Assembly (NCBI GenBank): GCA_002269645.1
Contig: NIVC01002218.1
Location: 1 to 64,000, forward strand
Reading direction: 5' to 3'
Origin: Macrostomum lignano
Lineage: Eukaryota
DNA length: 64,000 nt
Shown: positions 57,801 to 64,000 of the stretch, piece after piece
How the letters are laid out: the number at the start of each line of letters is the position of its first letter
Numbering within the stretch: the stretch's first letter is position 1
The notes under the pieces: model-generated
Databases searched by the model: none
What the model was told of the DNA's origin: nothing
What the model saw: only the letters and a program-made list of their open reading frames with translations
Position numbers and translations under genes: made by a program

Positions 57801-60124
57801 CCAAGCATGTAAAAATTGTTAGCAACTTATAGAGAGTAAAATTAAAAGGAGGATTATAAACTTCTATAAAAAACAAACACTTTAAAGTTTAATAAAACTC
57901 TCACTTCAAAGAATATATTGATATTATAAGAAAATTAGCATGAAAGCACCTTATTCTTGGCAAATTTTTTGATTTATAGAGGCAAAGAATAAAAAAACTA
58001 GAATTTTCATTCCAGCATATAATTACTGTCTAGTAGGATTAAGATGGAAAATTTTTAGAAAAATGCTACATATTTTGCAAGTGAGCTAAAAATGTAATTG
58101 TATAACAAAACTTTATAACATAAAATCCACTGTGAAATTACATTAAAAAGTGCAAATGTGCAATTGGTAAGATAATGCTTGAATGTGTAAAACAAATTTC
58201 AACCTCAAACAAACAAAAACAGACATTCAAGCCTTCAACCCCCAGTTAAAGTGATTACCTTCAATTACACCAAGCCTATTTAAAAATGCTTTTAGGAAAT
58301 CGCAGTTAAGCTGGAAAGTCAGAAGGCCCGCCATCCGCAGTTGCTCTATGAAAGCAAGCTGTACAAACTGCTTCAAGGTGGCATCGGCATACCTCATGTT
58401 CGGTGAGTGCTTTTCACTCATTGGCAAGCGCTTCAGAATGGGATAGATTTAAAGAACCTTGATAGTTACTAACGGGTAATTCCATGTAACCCACTTAAAC
58501 TTAGCTGGTTCGGCGTAGAAAAAGACTACAATGTGCTGGTGATGGACCTGCTCGGGCCCAGCCTTGAGGATCTGTTCAGCTTCTGCTCACGGCGATTCAC
58601 GATGAAGACTGTGCTGATGCTGGCCGATCAGATGATCAACAGAATCGAATACGTGCACAATAAGAACTTTATCCATCGCGACATCAAGCCGGACAACTTC
58701 CTCATGGGCATTGGGCGGCACTGCAACAAGGTGAGCTAAATGCAGGTAGTTATGTTGTAAACTCTAGACTGTTAGACTCGCCACCAAAGTCAGGGCCGCT
58801 GTACAGTACAGTATTGACGCTGTAAAATTGACGCTGACGCTGAATTGCCTCAGCGATGGTAAAAACTTTAACTAACTCTCAAGCATTTTAATATCCCGCA
58901 GGTGTTCATCATCGACTTTGGCTTAGCCAAGAAGTACCGGGACAGTCGCTCCGGCAAGCACATCCCCTACCGGTGCGTTTCCTTATTTTTAATCATCATT
59001 TTTATGTTCAAAATGTCGGTTATGCTACTTACAGTAGAAAAATTAGCGTCCAGTCAGAAAATCAGCTCAAAGTTAACTCAAATCCGCAGCGAGGACAAGA
59101 ACTTGACTGGCACGGCCAGGTACGCCTCTATCAATGCCCATTTAGGCATTGAGCAATCGCGCCGAGACGATATGGAGGCCTTGGGCTACGTGCTCATGTA
59201 CTTTAATCGCGGCTCACTGCCCTGGCAGGGTTTGCAGGTCAGAATTTTTTTGTATTGTTAATATTCCAGGTTGACACCAGCATCCCAGGTTGACACCAGC
59301 ATCCCAGGTTGACACCAGCATCCCAGGTTGACCCCAGCATCCCAGGTTGACACCAGCATCCCAGATTGACCCCAGCATCCCAGATTGACCCCAGCATCCC
59401 AGGTTGACACCAGCATCCTATGTTAACCCAAATACCCCAGGTTGACCCAACTACCCGAGGTGAACTCAAATACCTAAAGTTGACCCAAACACCCCAGGTT
59501 GACCCAAACACCACAGGTTGACCCAAACACCCCAGGTTGACCCAAACACTCAAGGTTGACTCAAACACCCCAGGTTGACCCAAACACTCAAGGTTGACTC
59601 AAACACCCCAGGTTGACCCAAACACTCAAGGTTGACCCAAACACCCCAGGTTGACCCAAACACCCCAGGTTGACCCAAACACTCAAGGTTGACTCAAACA
59701 CTCAAGGTTGACCCAAACACTCAAGGTTGACCCAAACACTCAAGGTTGACTCAAACACCCCAGGTTGACCCAAACACTCAAGGTTGACCCAAACACTCAA
59801 GGTTGACCAACGAACCCCCTCTTCTGTACATTCAAACTGTTGCAGGCTGCTAACAAGAAGCAGAAGTACCAGAAGATCAGTGAAAAGAAAATGTCCACCC
59901 CAGTTGAAGGCCTGTGCAAAGGCTTCCCTGCCGAGTTCACCATGTACTTGAACTACTGCCGCGGCCTGCGGTTCGAGGAGGCGCCGGACTACATGTACCT
60001 GAGGCAGCTGTTCCGCATCCTGTTCCGCACGCTCAACCATCAGTTTGACTACACCTTCGACTGGACTCTGCTCAAACAGCGCAGCAACGCTTCAGCCGCA
60101 GCCGCCTCCGCCAGTCAGCAGTGA
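54822..60124 (+). CDS. CSNK1A1: Casein kinase I alpha; 6 exons, 316 aa
   Basis: Exons 54822-54941, 58296-58402, 58505-58730, 58902-58972, 59090-59237 and 59846-60124; phases join. [70 protein letters not shown] and [15 protein letters not shown] match CK1 alpha. Confidence 0.97.
55185..55772. mobile_element. 588-bp MITE, TIR CCAGGATGGAATTCTTGC, 8-bp TSD ttttggct
   Basis: 18-bp perfect TIR; ttttggct at 55177-55184 and 55773-55780; lies in CK1 intron 1. Confidence 0.88.
57638..57809. mobile_element. 172-bp palindromic MITE (reverse copy of 5124-5295), 8-bp TSD taaaaatt
   Basis: taaaaatt at 57630-57637 and 57810-57817; sequence is the near reverse complement of the 5124 copy. Confidence 0.9.
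59265..59810. repeat. Intronic 19-bp minisatellite, grading from ttgacaccagcatcccagg to ttgacccaaacactcaagg
   Basis: Fills CK1 intron 5. Confidence 0.92.
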
Positions 60125-61217
60125 CCTCGCCTGACCTCCCGTCTGGGTCCAACCTCCCAATTTTCCCAACTCCACCGCTTCTCAATGCTCCTCGACCGGA
60201 TTCGACCTATTAATTGAGATTGATAAACATTTTTGAAAGAAAAATTATGTTACGCTTCACTTTTCCGTCAGTGTTTTTATTGTTTTGTTATTAATTCTCT
60301 TCTGCTTTTGTCTTGTGCTTTTGCTCACCTGAGTTGCTAAGAAACTGAAGCCGAAGTCAGAAGAAGCAAACACGCACCCAACTCCTTTATTTGTATCTGT
60401 AACTCCAAGCCGATTTTGTAATTGTTCATTGCTACAATTAACGCCCTACGGTAAGAACTCGTATATATATTACTCATTTTGTTGTCCTTTGTTATCACCG
60501 ATTTTAGAAGATTTAACTGACTGTACGAACAGTAGTAGAATGGCATGAAAATGACAAATTACAATTGCACTGATGTACTTTGAAAACGTATATATTAATT
60601 AAAATCTGTACAAGCACTGGCCATGCATGCTGCCTATATTTGTCTTATTATAAGTCCTGCATACGTTTTATTTCAAAATTATCAAAATTATGTTTTTTTC
60701 TGAAGATTTTTTTAGCTATTTGAATTCTATATCTTATTGTATTGTTGTATTCGTACCACCCTTGCATGTCCGTTATTTCTGTAATTTTGTGTCTCGTAAG
60801 TTTTCATATGTTTTATGCAGGAAAAAATCCTTTGTAAACTTAGATTTTTCGGGTCAAAGATAAACGATTGTCGGCTGACTCTATTTTTATGTGAATATGT
60901 TTTTATCGTTGCGGCCCTCGATAAATATAATAGCGATAAATATGTCACTTCAATTTTATTTGACTCCTAAAAATGACTCAAAACTTTATTATTAAAATAT
61001 TTTAAATAAAAAAGTTTTTACGCGAATCTGTATTTATATTTAATAATGGGATGTAATAACTATTGGGAGTGGAAAAGTGATGGCGAAGAAGGTGAAGAAG
61101 TGGTGAAGTAGGAATGCAGGAAGTGAATGTACATGTATAACAGTGTATATGCAACCGAACAAAATGAATGTTTGTTAGTATGCAGTGTATAAAAATTAAT
61201 GTACAATGTACTTTGTA

Positions 61218-61501
61218 CAAGGACGCCTTAAGTAGGACTGGAAACCTCGTTTCTTGAAAAGTTTTTGAAGGCAGGCTTTTCCAAAAATACACTACGGAGA
61301 TAATAAATTTTCATTTTTCCAGCACGAAAATTGATATTGCTTTTGATAGGAGGCAGATCCAGTGTTCATCTTTTGATATGTTGTGCCTTTCTTATTGCTC
61401 TATCGATATAAAGCTTTTCGTCGAGAAAATTGGGATTCTATGTTAATTTTTTATTCTTTCAAGAAACAAGGTTTCCCGTCCTTCTACCTAAGTCGTCCTT
61501 G
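61218..61501. mobile_element. 284-bp MITE with ~40-bp imperfect TIR starting CAAGGAC; TSD actttgta (1-nt offset on the right)
   Basis: caaggacgccttaagtaggactggaaacctcgtttcttgaa versus ttcaagaaacaaggtttcccgtccttctacctaagtcgtccttg. Confidence 0.8.
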
Positions 61502-62323
61502 AACTTTGTATGCTGAAAGATACTTCAGTAGAGACATTGAAACTTTAATTATTTATTAGGCTTTAGCAGGATACTCTTTGAAAAAGTGAATGATTCTCAA
61601 GGACGACTAGCTAGGCCTATCATCCGTATTAGTGTGCTAATGATAAGTTGAGACTTTCAACAAAAGCTAGTGAAAAATCTCATTATTAAAAAAATGTCAA
61701 ACAGTAGGTTACAAAAAAAATACAACGCAAACATTTTTTAAAATTTATTTTAGGTACACACAGCAAACAAATTTAGTTTAATGTAACGTATTTTTTAAAA
61801 TGATAAACTCGGTTAACACTCAGGCCTCAGGGTGCTAAGTCGCGCGCAATTGCCTGTGTCGTATCATAGGCCCCTACGTATCATGCCATAGGACATGGTA
61901 GGCCTATTGCTTGTATCTGTAAGCCATCCGACTCCGAGGGATCTGACCTTACCTGGAACTTGAAGCAAAGCCAAAGTAGGCCTAACCCGAGATCCTTAGG
62001 GACCAACCCCTAGATATCTTAAGCCTACCTTATGGAAAACAGAAATCTGTTTTGCATTAAATAGTTATGGAATTTTGTAATTATTCTTATGCGAACAACT
62101 ATTGTGACTATTATTAATAAGGTATTTATTTAATTTTTGGTGCATGTCACACCAAAATATTAATGTATAGGCCCTAGGCCTGATACCAAACGACCAAAAT
62201 CACTTTTTGTAGGGCCTATGGCATGCTAGGCCTAACATAGGCCCTATGGCTATATGCCAAATTTCTTGAGAATGTACCTTAAAAATTTCTGGTGTATATG
62301 CCTTCTTCCTAACTATGGCCTAT

Positions 62324-63390
62324 CAAGGACTTCTAGACTAACAGGACGTAAAACTCAAAGATTGTGTAATTTTTTGGAGGCCACGATTTCCTAGAAAAAA
62401 TACACTGCGAAGATAGGAAAAAATCAGTTTTTTGTCACAAAATCTGTGATTGTATTTGATCTGGGGCAGTGAAGACTACCATTCTTTTAATTTAACATGC
62501 ACAACATGTTACTCTATTATATTTTCATATAGCTGTGTAATGAAGTTTTCATTTTCATATTGTTTTCACTTTATTTCATAAGCCCAAAGTTGCAAACTCA
62601 CAAGTGGCATTAGGCCTAGCCAAATATCAAATTCAAGAAAAGAAAAGCTATTCAAATTTGTAATATAATAATTTTTTTAGCCTTTAAAATAAAAATTATT
62701 AAAAACTAATCAATGTTTTTTCTTATAGATACCTAGTAAAAATGGTTAGGGCCTATTTTTGTGATTAGCCTAAGTCTATTCTTCTTAAATCTTAGTCCTA
62801 AATATAGGCTTGGCTTAAAAACTGATAATACAGCTTTCTCAAGCCTAGGTAACCAACCATATGAAAATATTTATTGGTAATCTATATATAATAAAAAAAT
62901 CTAAATATACTGATCTCTAAGTCATTGTCTAAATTTAATTACTTATTAGGCTAGATAGTGTAGTGATACTGATAGGTCTAGTTCTAGTAGGCCTAGGAAT
63001 TAGTATAGTTACTAAACCTACAATAATAGCTTAAGACTAAGAGTACCTACATGCAATGTTTTTATACTTTATTTTAAAAAGAACAACACAAAAAGTTTGG
63101 CTAATGCCACTTGTGAGTTTGCAACTTTGGGCTTATGAAATAAAGTGAAAACAATATGAAAATGAAAACTTCACTACACAGCTATATGAAAATATAATAG
63201 AGTAACATGTTGTGCATGTTAAATTAAAAGAATGGTAGTCTTCACTGCCCCAGATCAAATACAATCACAGATTTTGTGACGAAAAACTGATTTTTTCCTA
63301 TCTTCGCAGTGTGTTTTTTCCGGGAAATCGTGGCCTCCAAAGGATTGCACGATTTTTGAGTTTTGCGTCCTGTTAGTCTAGAAGTCCTTG
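62324..63390. mobile_element. Foldback-type non-autonomous element, ~290-bp TIRs starting CAAGGAC, 8-bp TSD tggcctat (P-superfamily-like)
   Basis: 62324-~62612 is the near-perfect reverse complement of ~63100-63390. tggcctat at 62316-62323 and 63391-63398. AT-rich ~490-bp spacer. Confidence 0.9.
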
Positions 63391-63766
63391 TGGCCTATAT
63401 GTACTTAATAGGCCTAGGTCTATGAAATTTGCTTACAAGAAGTTTGCTTGCCAAAGTTTGCTTGCCAAAGTTTGCTTGCAGGGCTTGCAGGGAAGTTGGT
63501 CAGTCAATTATTAGGCCTACTTACGGCTATCTTCTCAAATCATTCGTTTAATTCCAACCCCCATCTCCCCATCACCCTTGAATAGAAGGCGAAATAATTC
63601 TGGAAATAATTAAACAAACAATTTGAGTCGAGAAGATTGCCCCTACTTATTATAGATGCTTTGCAAATTGATTCTTACTAGCATCAAACTGATAATTAGG
63701 GTATTAGGATATTAAGGTATCCTAATAAGTGATTATATATAGGGCCTAGCAATTCACTGATTGGTA

Positions 63767-64000
63767 CAGTGGCATAGCTAGAAATTTTTGTTGGGGGGGG
63801 ACCCATTTACTATAATTTAGTACCCAGCCATAGTCAGGAAGGTGGCAGAGTGTGCGCCGGAACAAATTTTGGCCTCTCCCAAAATTGTGCGCCGTGCGCC
63901 GGCACAAAAACCCTCGTGTGCGCCGTTGTGCGCCCGCCACTACCTGCCTTGCGACAATAAAAGACCTTTTTTTACAACATAGCAACAATTTTTGTGCGCC
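63767..64000. mobile_element. Probable left end of a hAT-like MITE, truncated by the window edge
   Basis: Begins CAGTGGCATAGCTAG, followed by repeated tgtgcgcc motifs. The right end is not visible. Confidence 0.4.

Noticed and set aside
60125-61200. Short ORFs downstream of CK1 alpha (60337-60546, 60727-60948, 61002-61292)
   Set aside because: AT-rich, no motifs or convincing splice context; consistent with 3' UTR or intergenic DNA.

Overview
Eukaryotic (metazoan) genomic DNA with GC-rich exons, AT-rich intergenic DNA and introns mostly filled by intron-specific minisatellites. This style suggests a flatworm such as Macrostomum (inference only). Five spliced genes were reconstructed by hand with GT-AG junctions and matching phases: a divergent nuclear receptor (+, 15588-18563), NOP16 (+, 22303-25937), a UBASH3/Sts-like UBA-2H-SH3-histidine-phosphatase gene (+, 27473-38635), a DEG/ENaC-family ion channel (-, 52536-43198) and casein kinase I alpha (+, 54822-60124). 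The first 15 kb is mostly transposon DNA: a Ty3/Gypsy remnant, a MULE remnant, a piggyBac remnant, and a full-length RNase H-bearing LINE inserted with a 12-bp TSD exactly at the RNase H DGS codons of an older relative. Several MITEs with 8-bp TSDs occur across the window. The standout is the ~1064-aa DEG/ENaC subunit. Its extracellular finger region carries a ~398-aa in-frame cassette of two kringle-like domains, with a WSC domain nested inside the first kringle, and the cassette is bounded by phase-1 introns. I do not recognise this architecture from characterised DEG/ENaC/ASIC/FaNaC channels. All coordinates were derived by manual reading; no database searches were run.
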